Position numbers and translations under genes: made by a program. DNA of 64,000 nucleotides from Nitrosopumilus sp. (lineage in GTDB: Archaea > Thermoproteota > Nitrososphaeria > Nitrososphaerales > Nitrosopumilaceae): NCBI GenBank assembly GCA_965223425.1, contig OZ245003.1, positions 1,568,001-1,632,000 of the forward strand, given 5' to 3'. Positions 50,039 to 59,686 of this stretch are shown here, in pieces. How positions within the stretch are numbered: position 1 is the stretch's first letter; each line of letters begins with the position of its first letter. Under the pieces are notes generated by a model. The model saw only the letters and a list, made by a program, of their open reading frames with translations, did no database searches and was not told the origin of the DNA.

Positions 50039-51046
50039 TTGAATGAAATGGAAGGATATGCCAACATCAAGAAGGGTTCAGAAACATACATGATGTTGAA
50101 ATACGGCCCGCAGCCAAAGGGAAATCATTCCTACCTTGTCAGGGACGGCAAAGTAACAAGAGAGGCAAAGTGGCTGCTGTTTGCATGTGATCTGCGGATT
50201 TCATTTTTGGAGCTGTGCATTCTCTCGTTTGTGATACTGCACCACATGAAACGGGAAAAGAGGGGGATGAATACGTCGTTGGAACGCAAGATGCTGTATC
50301 ATCTGTTTGGTGGAATCCTGAGTCGTCAAAGTATAGTAGATGTTCTAACAAAGCTAAGAAAACGGGGATTCATCAAACATTCAGGCAAAAAATCAGTAGA
50401 TGTCGACGACAAGGCGGCAAAGCTGATAAAATCCAACAAGGCAGAGATATATGAAATAAGGGAATACATCGAGAAGAATCTTGACGTAAAATTAAGCAGT
50501 TTATCAACAGTTGATCCAAAATTAAGAAAAAAATTTGAGAACGCCACACCGTTGGGGTCCAGACCCGTGAAAGAGTTTGAGGGAATCAACCATTCAAAAA
50601 TAGTAAAAAATTCCAAAGTGTACAAGATGCTGAAAAACGGGCCATTGCCGAAAGGCGATTATTCCTACCTTGTGAAAAATGGCAAAATAACGAAGGAGGC
50701 AAGGTGGCTGATGCTTGCATCTGATCTCGGCCTGTCGTTTGGCGGTATGTGTATCCTGTCCTATTTGATCTATCTGCACGGCAAATTCATAGATACGGAC
50801 ATGCTGCACATGGGATTGCACAGGCCGTGGATCCGTGAGGCGTTTACTGGACACTTGAGGCATCAAACTGTCGTGAGAACCATGACACAGCTAAAACAGC
50901 TGGGATTCATTGATACTGCGCGGCCCGGATATCATTCCGTATTTTTCAAAAAGGAGACTCTGGACAGGTTTATGAAATTACACAAAACAGAAATATTTGA
51001 AATCGTAGAATACGTTGAAAATGATCTTGGAATAGGCGCGTATTGA
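50039..51046 (+). CDS. protein with two tandem winged-helix-like repeats
   Basis: duplicated MLK.GP.PKG..SYLV..GK.T.EA.WL..A.DL units. Confidence 0.65.
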   Translation: MNEMEGYANIKKGSETYMMLKYGPQPKGNHSYLVRDGKVTREAKWLLFACDLRISFLELCILSFVILHHMKREKRGMNTSLERKMLYHLFGGILSRQSIVDVLTKLRKRGFIKHSGKKSVDVDDKAAKLIKSNKAEIYEIREYIEKNLDVKLSSLSTVDPKLRKKFENATPLGSRPVKEFEGINHSKIVKNSKVYKMLKNGPLPKGDYSYLVKNGKITKEARWLMLASDLGLSFGGMCILSYLIYLHGKFIDTDMLHMGLHRPWIREAFTGHLRHQTVVRTMTQLKQLGFIDTARPGYHSVFFKKETLDRFMKLHKTEIFEIVEYVENDLGIGAY

Positions 51047-51083
51047 AAAATCAGGCATTAAATAGAATCCATTAGCATAAAGT

Positions 51084-51959
51084 ATGAAGCAGGAATTTAT
51101 CTGGTACAGGATACGACAGTTCCCCTCCACTACGTCTGAAAAGTACGACGACACAATGGACAGGGATCTTCGCATGCTGTGCGACTCAATACCGGACTTT
51201 ATGATTGCCATCTTCAAGCTCGAAAAATCCGGAACGTCAATGTATATTCGCGTTCCGCTGGAATCGGCAAGGCAGGTAGAGTCGGTTCCATCATTTGGCA
51301 AGGAGGAGCAGGAGTACCCAATCACCACAAAGATCTCCGCACTTGCACACATGAAACTGCGAAAAAAGTCCGTGTATCCGCTTGTTACAGACGTTAAGGA
51401 CATGCACCAGGACATCTTTTCGCTGCTTGCGACTGCACCGTATGGCGCGTTTTACATCCGGCTCTTGCACGCAAATTCCAGCAACATAAAAAAACAGTTT
51501 GATTCACTCAAGAAAAAGCACGAGAGGCAGAAGGAAAAACAGAACAAAAATACAAACTGGTATGAATCCCCCATGAAGTCAAAGGCAGAATGCAGCCTGT
51601 TCTTTTATGCCGAAGTTTTCTATGCGACAAAATTATCTTCGGACATTGATCTTTTCGAGTCTGTCATTCCATATACTGATCCCAACCAGGAGCCAAACGG
51701 ACTGGTACGCAGCAAGCTGATCCTCTCAAACAAAAAGCACCCGGAAAAGGCCACGGCAAGTCTCAAAAAGCTGCTGCTGGCACCTGCAAAAAAGACACAG
51801 ATGACTCTCTCACAGAATGACATTGTGCCCTTTGTCAGGTTTCCGCACGACGCAGATCACCTGCAGATGGATTCGGCCACAACTGACACGTTCACAAACT
51901 TTGCCCCCGAGGGGCAAATAACTGACCCGCAAAGGCAGTTTGAGGAGGACACAAAATAA
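51084..51959 (+). CDS. hypothetical protein
   Basis: 291-aa ORF, TAATG-coupled to the next gene. Confidence 0.6.
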   Translation: MKQEFIWYRIRQFPSTTSEKYDDTMDRDLRMLCDSIPDFMIAIFKLEKSGTSMYIRVPLESARQVESVPSFGKEEQEYPITTKISALAHMKLRKKSVYPLVTDVKDMHQDIFSLLATAPYGAFYIRLLHANSSNIKKQFDSLKKKHERQKEKQNKNTNWYESPMKSKAECSLFFYAEVFYATKLSSDIDLFESVIPYTDPNQEPNGLVRSKLILSNKKHPEKATASLKKLLLAPAKKTQMTLSQNDIVPFVRFPHDADHLQMDSATTDTFTNFAPEGQITDPQRQFEEDTK

Positions 51960-53347
51960 TGATTGCATCACTTATGCTGGCACTGCTGGCAGTGGCCGGC
52001 GCAAATGGCGCCGGAAATTATTTTGAGATAGACGACCAGGTACTGAAAAAATCAGGCTCTGACAATTACGTGAATGTTTCAGGGGAGATTTTATACCCCA
52101 ACGTCAACATGACCCTCACATATCCTGACGGCACCACCTCACATTCTGCATCAATCATACCAAAAAACACGTTTTCAAGTTTCATATATATCGACGATGA
52201 TACGTTTCAGTCCGGCCTGTACAGGATAGACGTGGTTCCGTACAACAGTACGGAGGCCGGAAAACAGATTACGGACTATTTTGTCCTGCTTGACTATGAC
52301 GGAACGGTAAACATCAGGATAGAGCCAAACGCGTCAGTTGAATGTGCGCCGACAACTGATGCCCACGGAAACCCGCTGCGCATCGAGGAGCACTGCATCA
52401 TTCCTGCCGTATCGCACATACCGCTTTCATTCGGAGTGAAATTCACCAATGCGGACTACAAGACCCACAATCTGCAGTTTGGGGGACATGAGACCGGCCC
52501 AATCATACCAGAGGGGGAACAGGCGATATTTTTTGAGAAAAAGTCGCTGAAGGTTTTTAATTATTACTGCAGTTATCACCCGTGGGTAAAGGGCGAGCTG
52601 CGCGTATCGGATGTGGATTCCCTGCGGTATGTTGCGCCGCCGCCGCTAATCATTCCGAATGCGACCGATCACGATCCTACAAACCCCGGCGTATCGGGAC
52701 TGGATGCGGCAGATTATGATCTTGACGGCTGTGAAAAGTGTCACGTGGGCGCCGTAACTGAGATAGAAGACGGGGATACCATATTTGTGAATGGCAAGCC
52801 GCTGCGTCTTGCCCTTGCCAATGCGCCGGAGAAACATGAAGATGGATTTAATGAGGCCAACACGTTTGTCGCAAAAACATGTCCTGTGGGGATGTCGGTG
52901 CTGGTGGACATTGACGACGAACGCCCGACTGACTCGTACGGCAAGGCCATAGCCAAAATAACGTGCGGAAAAACAAACCTCAATGCGGCATTGCTGGAAA
53001 AGGGACACGCCGTGCCGTATAGTGCATTCTGTTCTGCCAGCGAGTTTCTTGACGAGCAGTGGGGGGCAGACGCATGCGGCGTGGAATTACATGTGGAGCA
53101 GGCAGAGGAATTTGGACCGGAGCAGGAGGACGTGATTGTTATCATACCGCCGATTCAAGACTTCCAAAACAACACGTCTGAGATAATTGATTCCATCCAA
53201 GACGTGGAGATAGATTACGGGCTGGTGGCGCTTGGAATAATGATACCCATGGCCGTGGCGGTCCTGTGGCTGCTTTCCAAGAGGAATGGAAGACCGGACT
53301 ATCAGGCAGATGAAGAGCCCGGCGACAATTTCAAATATTTGGAATAG
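51959..53347 (+). CDS. surface protein: cupredoxin-like domain plus thermonuclease (SNase) domain plus TM anchor
   Basis: YYCSYHPWVKG; EDGDTI, LRLALANAPE, DSYGK; C-terminal TM. Confidence 0.75.
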   Translation: MIASLMLALLAVAGANGAGNYFEIDDQVLKKSGSDNYVNVSGEILYPNVNMTLTYPDGTTSHSASIIPKNTFSSFIYIDDDTFQSGLYRIDVVPYNSTEAGKQITDYFVLLDYDGTVNIRIEPNASVECAPTTDAHGNPLRIEEHCIIPAVSHIPLSFGVKFTNADYKTHNLQFGGHETGPIIPEGEQAIFFEKKSLKVFNYYCSYHPWVKGELRVSDVDSLRYVAPPPLIIPNATDHDPTNPGVSGLDAADYDLDGCEKCHVGAVTEIEDGDTIFVNGKPLRLALANAPEKHEDGFNEANTFVAKTCPVGMSVLVDIDDERPTDSYGKAIAKITCGKTNLNAALLEKGHAVPYSAFCSASEFLDEQWGADACGVELHVEQAEEFGPEQEDVIVIIPPIQDFQNNTSEIIDSIQDVEIDYGLVALGIMIPMAVAVLWLLSKRNGRPDYQADEEPGDNFKYLE

Positions 53348-53384
53348 GAATGGATTCCATTTGGCAGCTGTGATTTGTTTTAAT

Positions 53385-53461
53385 GCCGGACGATTTGTTT
53401 ATTAAGAAACTCATGGATTCAATACTCTGTGCCGCTAAAATCAAAGATCATTCTCGTATCC
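53385..53461 (+). repeat. 77-bp direct repeat, copy 1
   Basis: 76/77 identical to 54102-54178; contains TATA-like tttattaa. Confidence 0.9.
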
Positions 53462-53713
53462 AGTATGATGATTCTACTTTTGACTGTAAAGCTATCTGAT
53501 GATGGCAGACATTCGACGATCTGCAGAGTACCAAAGCCAATCTTAGAATTATTAAATTATCCTACATCAATTAAATTTGAAATCAACGCCAAAATTTCCA
53601 GAGTTCGTTTATCACGGCAATAGACCACTACGATCGATAATGGAGGCTGGGAGCCTTGATGCTTTTCTTGATGCGTCAGAAGAGGGGGAAGATGTCCCAT
53701 GTAACACGGGGTA

Positions 53714-53962
53714 TTGTCACAGCTAATGCACTGCAAGAATCATTGTGAATTTTTCGAGTTTGTCAGCCGTACCAGATTTTACGATCCCGACACCCGTCAG
53801 TGCAGCGGATGCACGCCCTACAGGTTTTTCATATCCACTGCAACACACTGCCCATGCTGCGGCAATGGCCTAAAGTACAAGCCACATGCATGTCAAGTGC
53901 GGGCAAATAAAATGTATCGCGACAAGACAAAAAAGGAGAAGATGCAGCAAAGTGCACTGTAA
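53714..53962 (+). CDS. small Zn-finger protein (degenerate tandem duplicate follows)
   Basis: HCKNHCEFF...CSGC...CPCC; same start repeated at about 53955. Confidence 0.6.
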   Translation: MSQLMHCKNHCEFFEFVSRTRFYDPDTRQCSGCTPYRFFISTATHCPCCGNGLKYKPHACQVRANKMYRDKTKKEKMQQSAL

Positions 53963-54101
53963 GAATCATTGTGAATTTTTTCAGTTTGTCGGCAGAGAAA
54001 GAAATGACGATCCTGACACGCGTCAGTGCGTTACCTGCACGGCTGCCGAGAATACTGTGAGATCAAGATCCGTATTCATGTCCCCAATTTGTTACAGAAC
54101 C

Positions 54102-54178
54102 GCCGGACGATTTGTTTATTAAGAAACTCATGGATTCAATACTCTGTGCCGCTAAAATCAAAGATAATTCTCGTATCC
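54102..54178 (+). repeat. 77-bp direct repeat, copy 2
   Basis: see copy 1; lies just upstream of the R-M gene. Confidence 0.9.
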
Positions 54179-54231
54179 GATATGTCCAAATGCAAAACAT
54201 TTGACCGGAACCGGAAGAAAAAAGTGAGATC

Positions 54232-57200
54232 ATGAGACGGTCCGAAGATACAGTAAGTTACGAGATGGCGGACATACTCGACGAAATGAGGGCAAACTGG
54301 AAAGTCTTCAGCCAACCTCTGAATGTTTTCAAAGGCAGTAGAAAAAAACCCGATATTTTGATTCGTGAGGGAGGCCTGACAAACGTAATAATAGAAAATG
54401 AGATCGAACCTGCCAACCCCAATGATGACGCCATAAACAAACTGGAAGAAAAATACAAGGAAGGAGACGGCGTATCAGCAGTAATCGCAGTACAGATTCC
54501 CAAGCGTTTCAGGAATCTGGGGAATAAACTCAAAGACGAGCTAAAATCCGCAGTCGATCTAAAGTATGCAGTCTACAATCCCGTTCGATTCCCAAAAAGC
54601 GACTGGTTAACAGGCAGCCTGCACGATATTTCTACAGCGGCGCAGATAACATCCGTTCCAGAGGAAGTAGTCAAGGACTGCGTGGACAGCATGAGCGATT
54701 CCATAGACTCGATTGCAGATCTTATAGATAAAGCAGGTAGTAGTACCAAAAAGAATATTGCAAAGCTGTTGTTTCAAAAACCAAACAAACAGACATGGAA
54801 AATGGCAGGACTTATCCTATCCAACGCATTTGTCTTTCATAACAACATTGCCGGTGAATTCGGAATAAGAACACTCCGTGAGATCACCCGCCTAGGACTG
54901 ATAAATTTAACCGAACTGAGCACGGAATGGGAAAAGATACTGGACGTCAATTATTTTGCCATATTCGACATTGCCAAAACGATTTTGAATTATATCGACG
55001 AGACGACTGCAAATGAGATATCGACCAAACTTGATGTGACATCTAGGGAGATAACCGCTAGGGGCCTTGCACGTTCAACTGACATGTACGGTTCCCTCAT
55101 ACAGAGGATGATCACGGACAGAAAGACACTTGCCTCGTTTTACACGCTTCCGGAATCCGCGGCATTGCTGGCAGGACTGGTCATGCCACCTCCAAATTCA
55201 GGAATGTTCAACTCGCCAAAAAACATGAAAAATATACGGGTGGCAGATTTTGCGTGCGGAACGGGGACATTGCTGACTATGGCATACAAACAGATGATAA
55301 TGAATTATGAGTCGGGGGGGGGGACATGCGAAAAATCCACGACTCGATGCTCGGTCAATCAATAATAGGGTTTGACGTGCTGCCAAGTGCAGTGCATTTG
55401 ACCGTATCCTCACTTGCGGGAATCTTTCCAAAAAAGACCATCAAGACCACAAACATCGGAACGGCGATATTAGGAAAGAAAAATGATATGTATCATCTCG
55501 GCTCATTGGATTTTATACTAGACGACAGTACGTTGGGAAACAAGGGCGTATTCATCGTAGGAAATAAAACAGAAACATACACAGATCACGGCATAAGAAA
55601 CAATTCCATTGATTACATAATTATGAACCCGCCGTTCACAAGCAACACAAAGGGAGGAATGGCAGGCCACGCGATGTTTGCGTCATTCGATACGAGTGAG
55701 AAAGACCAGAAACAAATGTCAACCATTGAAAAAACACGATTTCAAGACACATGCGCCGATGGAAATGCGGGCCAAGCCACCCATTTTGTAGCCGTAGCTG
55801 ACAAAAAATTAAAGCCCGGTGGAACCATGGGGCTGGTGCTACCATTGACATCGGCACGGGGCGCTTCTTGGGAAAAATTCAGAGAGTTGTTGCGCACAAA
55901 ATACAAAGACATCATCGTGGTCAGTATAGCTGGTTCGACAACGGCGGATGGATCATTTTCATTTGATACCAACATGAACGAAATACTGGTTATTGCCAAA
56001 AAAGAATCAGCAGAAAAAATAAAGATGATGGGTGCCAAACAGGCAAAAATTGACGAATTGGAAGATACGATCAAAAAATACAAAACAATATTAAAAAAAT
56101 CATCCAAAAAGAACCATGACAAAGGCAGCAATACGCCCGAAATAAAGGAAAAACAGCAAGAAATCAAGGCAATTAAAAACCAGATATCCGACATGCATTC
56201 ATCCAAACGTGGCAAATTCACAACTCTCAAACATAGACCGCGGTCAATTTTAAACGCAATGGAGATAGTAAAACAAATTCGAAACAATGAAAGATTAATC
56301 AAATTAGACGGTGCGACAAAGGGCACTACACAGATTATTGTAGGCAGTGACAGTGTAGGAAGTATGATGGACTGTCCGATAAGTTTTGACTGGTGGTTTG
56401 TAGGGGTCAATGACGCATATTTGTTGCAGATTGGGTATAATTTGATTAATGGAATATTCTCATATTTGGACGGAGCCGAATACAAAGTTCCCATGACTGT
56501 TTTAGGAAACAATTTTGGGCCGTTATCTAGAGATACGGCAGATAATTCACCAGACGGAACAAGAGCCCCATTTACCACATCTAGTTTGAACGGCACCGCA
56601 ATTTATTTCGGACTCGATAAAAATAACTCCAAAACTCAAAAATCTATAAAAGTGAAACCGGATTCCATGGCCATACCAAAAGCCAATGCGACTCCTGCCA
56701 ATGTGGAGAAGATAGCAAATACTGCAACACATCTACATATCAACAAACAGGGAAGATATACCAGTCAGCGTATGCTTGTATTGTATACAGATCGCAGGAC
56801 AATCGGAACCGGAGAACTTCCAAGCTATAACATAGATGAAAAATACGAAAAGGCGTTTGCCATATGGGGAAACTCCACATTAGGAATATTTTGTTTTTGG
56901 CTTGGCAGTTCAAAACAGCAATTTGGACGCGTAAAAACATCTCACACCGGCTGGGAAAAAATGAACGTGTTGGATTTCTCTAAATTAGCCGATGATCAAC
57001 TAGAACAATTCAACGAATTATTTGAGGATTATGCAGACAAGGATCTAAAACCCATGAAAAACATGAATGTTGATAAAATACGAAAAGAAATCGACCAAAA
57101 AATCCTCAAAATCCTCAAAATCGACCAGTCAATAGACGACCTAAGAGATAGACTGTGCCGGGAACCATCGATTAATGGAGGTCGGCAAACTGCACATCAC

Positions 57201-57245
57201 CACATCCAATCTTCAACGACAGGCAAGACATTAACAAAAAAGTAA
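54232..57245 (+). pseudogene. type IIG restriction-modification enzyme frameshifted at a G10 tract
   Basis: PDILI...IENE nuclease and DFACGTG motif I in 54232-55365; MNPPF motif IV and TRD in 55326-57245; G10 at 55314-55323. Confidence 0.85.
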
Positions 57246-57429
57246 GTGGCATCCTTGAATCAAATCATACGATTTTTTTGAATTGTGAGAAAATTGCATG
57301 CCTATATCACGACAACTTCACAGAACCCGGCAAAACAGGGTTTAAATAGAATACGTCTGTAGTAATATTGAGATGTTCGGCACTTTCACCGCAAGACAAA
57401 TCATTGAAAGATTCTACTAGTTTTTATCA

Positions 57430-57487
57430 ATTAGTTACGTTATACGACTGGAATTACCAGTAATTCCAGTGATATAACGTAACTAAT
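57430..57487. repeat. 58-bp near-perfect palindrome
   Basis: 28-bp arms attagttacgttatacgactggaattac / gtaattccagtgatataacgtaactaat, 2 mismatches, 2-nt centre. Confidence 0.95.
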
Positions 57488-57525
57488 CAACACGCAAAAA
57501 AACCGCTTTAAATAGAAATTTTTTT

Positions 57526-58215
57526 ATGACATTTCGACTGTATTTGAATAGATGTGTGGTTTGTAATGATAATAATTATGTCAAGGTGGATACTGAAACC
57601 GTATGTGGCACATGCGGCGTAGTTGCTGATCAAGAAATCCTAGACAATTCATGCGCTGCAAGCAAGTCACAAGTTCTAGTCCACGAGGAGGAAAGACTTG
57701 GCTCACGAAAGATAATTGTAGACGGCATCGGCCTGGAGCACATCAATTCCAAACGCGTCGAGCAGATGATCACGAAAAATGACAGGTATCTCGACGACTT
57801 TTCAAAAATTTGCGGGGACATGCGTCTGCCACACCATATTAATAGGACGGCATTTAGCATGTTCAAGAAACTGCGCCATTCCGGATGTGGATACGGAAAG
57901 ATGGCAGTGTTTGCGATACATCAGACATGTGTGGAGTCGGGGATTATCTATGACGAAAAAAGACTTCTTGACATAACGAGGGCAAGATTCGGGCTGAAAC
58001 GACCGCTATCAATAAACAGATCACTCTATCGTGTCAAGCCAGTCGCAATTGAAATGGGATTGGTAAAAAAAGACGAGTCCAAAACAAAATATCTTTTTAG
58101 AAAGTTCGTCAGTCCGAAAAATTCCAACAATGCAGCCAAAACTATTGAGGTGTTTTTGGGATCCGAGGCAAAAAAGATAAGGGACGCAGAGGAGATGCTC
58201 AATGCCTACAAATAG
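57526..58215 (+). CDS. divergent TFB-like protein (Zn ribbon plus one cyclin repeat)
   Basis: CVVC...ETVCGTCGVV, LGS, KICGDMRLPHHINRTAFSMFKK. Confidence 0.7.
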   Translation: MTFRLYLNRCVVCNDNNYVKVDTETVCGTCGVVADQEILDNSCAASKSQVLVHEEERLGSRKIIVDGIGLEHINSKRVEQMITKNDRYLDDFSKICGDMRLPHHINRTAFSMFKKLRHSGCGYGKMAVFAIHQTCVESGIIYDEKRLLDITRARFGLKRPLSINRSLYRVKPVAIEMGLVKKDESKTKYLFRKFVSPKNSNNAAKTIEVFLGSEAKKIRDAEEMLNAYK

Positions 58216-59176
58216 AATGACGGACATTCCAATCGGCAAGATTGTACTGCCGGATGTCATACAGTCACCGTCCGTGTATAGCATTAAACAGATAATGAAA
58301 TCACTTGAACCGAACCCGCTAACAGATGAGATATTTGTCACGGTAACCGAGGTAAAGAAGGGCTATATGCTTGTAGACAAGTATGATGTGTATTATGCGG
58401 CAAAGAGACTGAAGCTAAAACAGATCAAGGCATGTGTGATTAATGATCCAAAAGATCCACTTGCTACATATGTAAAACTGACAAAAAAAGACTATCAGAA
58501 TCCTGTAAAGGTCATAAGACTGATGAGGAGATACGTGGATCAATTCGGGATGGAAAAGACGTTGCAGACGTTGCATCTTGAAAATGCATTTGCAAAAATG
58601 TACAAACTTGAATTCAGTGAAAATGTATTGGATACACTGGATTCAATGTTTGATGCCGCATATGAGGAAGGTGCGAGAACCACTGGACCGTTTGCGATGT
58701 TGAGGTTTATTTCCGAACTCGAAGAGAAGGCCCAGCTTGATCTCATAGAGCGCATCAACAAACTTAAAGATCCACTGAAATCAAACTTCCGATGGCCACA
58801 CAACGAATACCTGAAAAAAATGATTCCAGAGTCGGACAAAAAATCAGAGAAAGATAAGAATACAAAAAACGAAGTCGGCAGCGCCGGCAGTGCCAGCACC
58901 GGCATCAACAAGTTCCAGTGCGATCACTGCAATTCACAGTATCTGGTGGAGGACAACCGCGTCACGCCGTACACGGAAAAGTCAGGAGTGATAGTGATGG
59001 AAGGCAACAAGGGCAAGCCGGTGTTCGGACTGGGGAAAAAACACTCCAAATATCTTAACATGCAGCCCGGAGAGAACCCCGAGGTGATCACTTCAGATTC
59101 AGGCGACATCAAATCAATAATGAAAAAGATGCAGGGCAGAAAGTTCGTCATTATTTTGGGTTCAAAAACAGCTTAA
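58202..59176 (+). CDS. divergent ParB/Srx-fold protein with Zn ribbon
   Basis: IPIGKI, GYMLVDKYDVYYAAKRLKLKQIKA; CDHC. Confidence 0.55.
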   Translation: MPTNRMTDIPIGKIVLPDVIQSPSVYSIKQIMKSLEPNPLTDEIFVTVTEVKKGYMLVDKYDVYYAAKRLKLKQIKACVINDPKDPLATYVKLTKKDYQNPVKVIRLMRRYVDQFGMEKTLQTLHLENAFAKMYKLEFSENVLDTLDSMFDAAYEEGARTTGPFAMLRFISELEEKAQLDLIERINKLKDPLKSNFRWPHNEYLKKMIPESDKKSEKDKNTKNEVGSAGSASTGINKFQCDHCNSQYLVEDNRVTPYTEKSGVIVMEGNKGKPVFGLGKKHSKYLNMQPGENPEVITSDSGDIKSIMKKMQGRKFVIILGSKTA

Positions 59177-59281
59177 TACAACTGGTATGGTGTAAATATG
59201 ATAAAGCAAATACAGTCAGTAAACGCCCGATGGCCGCACATCCCACCGGGTGCTTTATCCATTTCTACCAACCTATCGGCG

Positions 59282-59686
59282 ATGTCCTATATGAATGAAA
59301 TTCTTCTGGTGTCCGCAGGATTATTGCTGATGGGCGGGATTGCAATATTCGTCTTTGGGTCTGAGATGCAGTCAACTGCGATGATGCTCACTGACATCAA
59401 CAGGATAAACCGCGAGATAATGGAGGAGAAGATAGACTTTACATCAGTGGATGAGAATGGGCCGGAAGTGATATTTACTCTCACCAACTTTGGCAGCAAG
59501 GATACCGAAATAATTGCAATACTGTCCGAAGAGGGCACAAAGTGCGAGTGTACCACCAATAATTCTGATTCAAAAGATAAGATGATTCTAATCAACAAGC
59601 AGACAGAGTTTACATGCAAGAAGGAGACAGGCAAAAAATATTACGCCGTAACTGATACAAAGCAGGTCCTGGTGCTGGAACTTTGA
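59282..59686 (+). CDS. archaeal pilin-like protein
   Basis: N-terminal hydrophobic helix with Glu (MNEILLVSAGLLL), EKI, LTNFG. Confidence 0.45.
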   Translation: MSYMNEILLVSAGLLLMGGIAIFVFGSEMQSTAMMLTDINRINREIMEEKIDFTSVDENGPEVIFTLTNFGSKDTEIIAILSEEGTKCECTTNNSDSKDKMILINKQTEFTCKKETGKKYYAVTDTKQVLVLEL

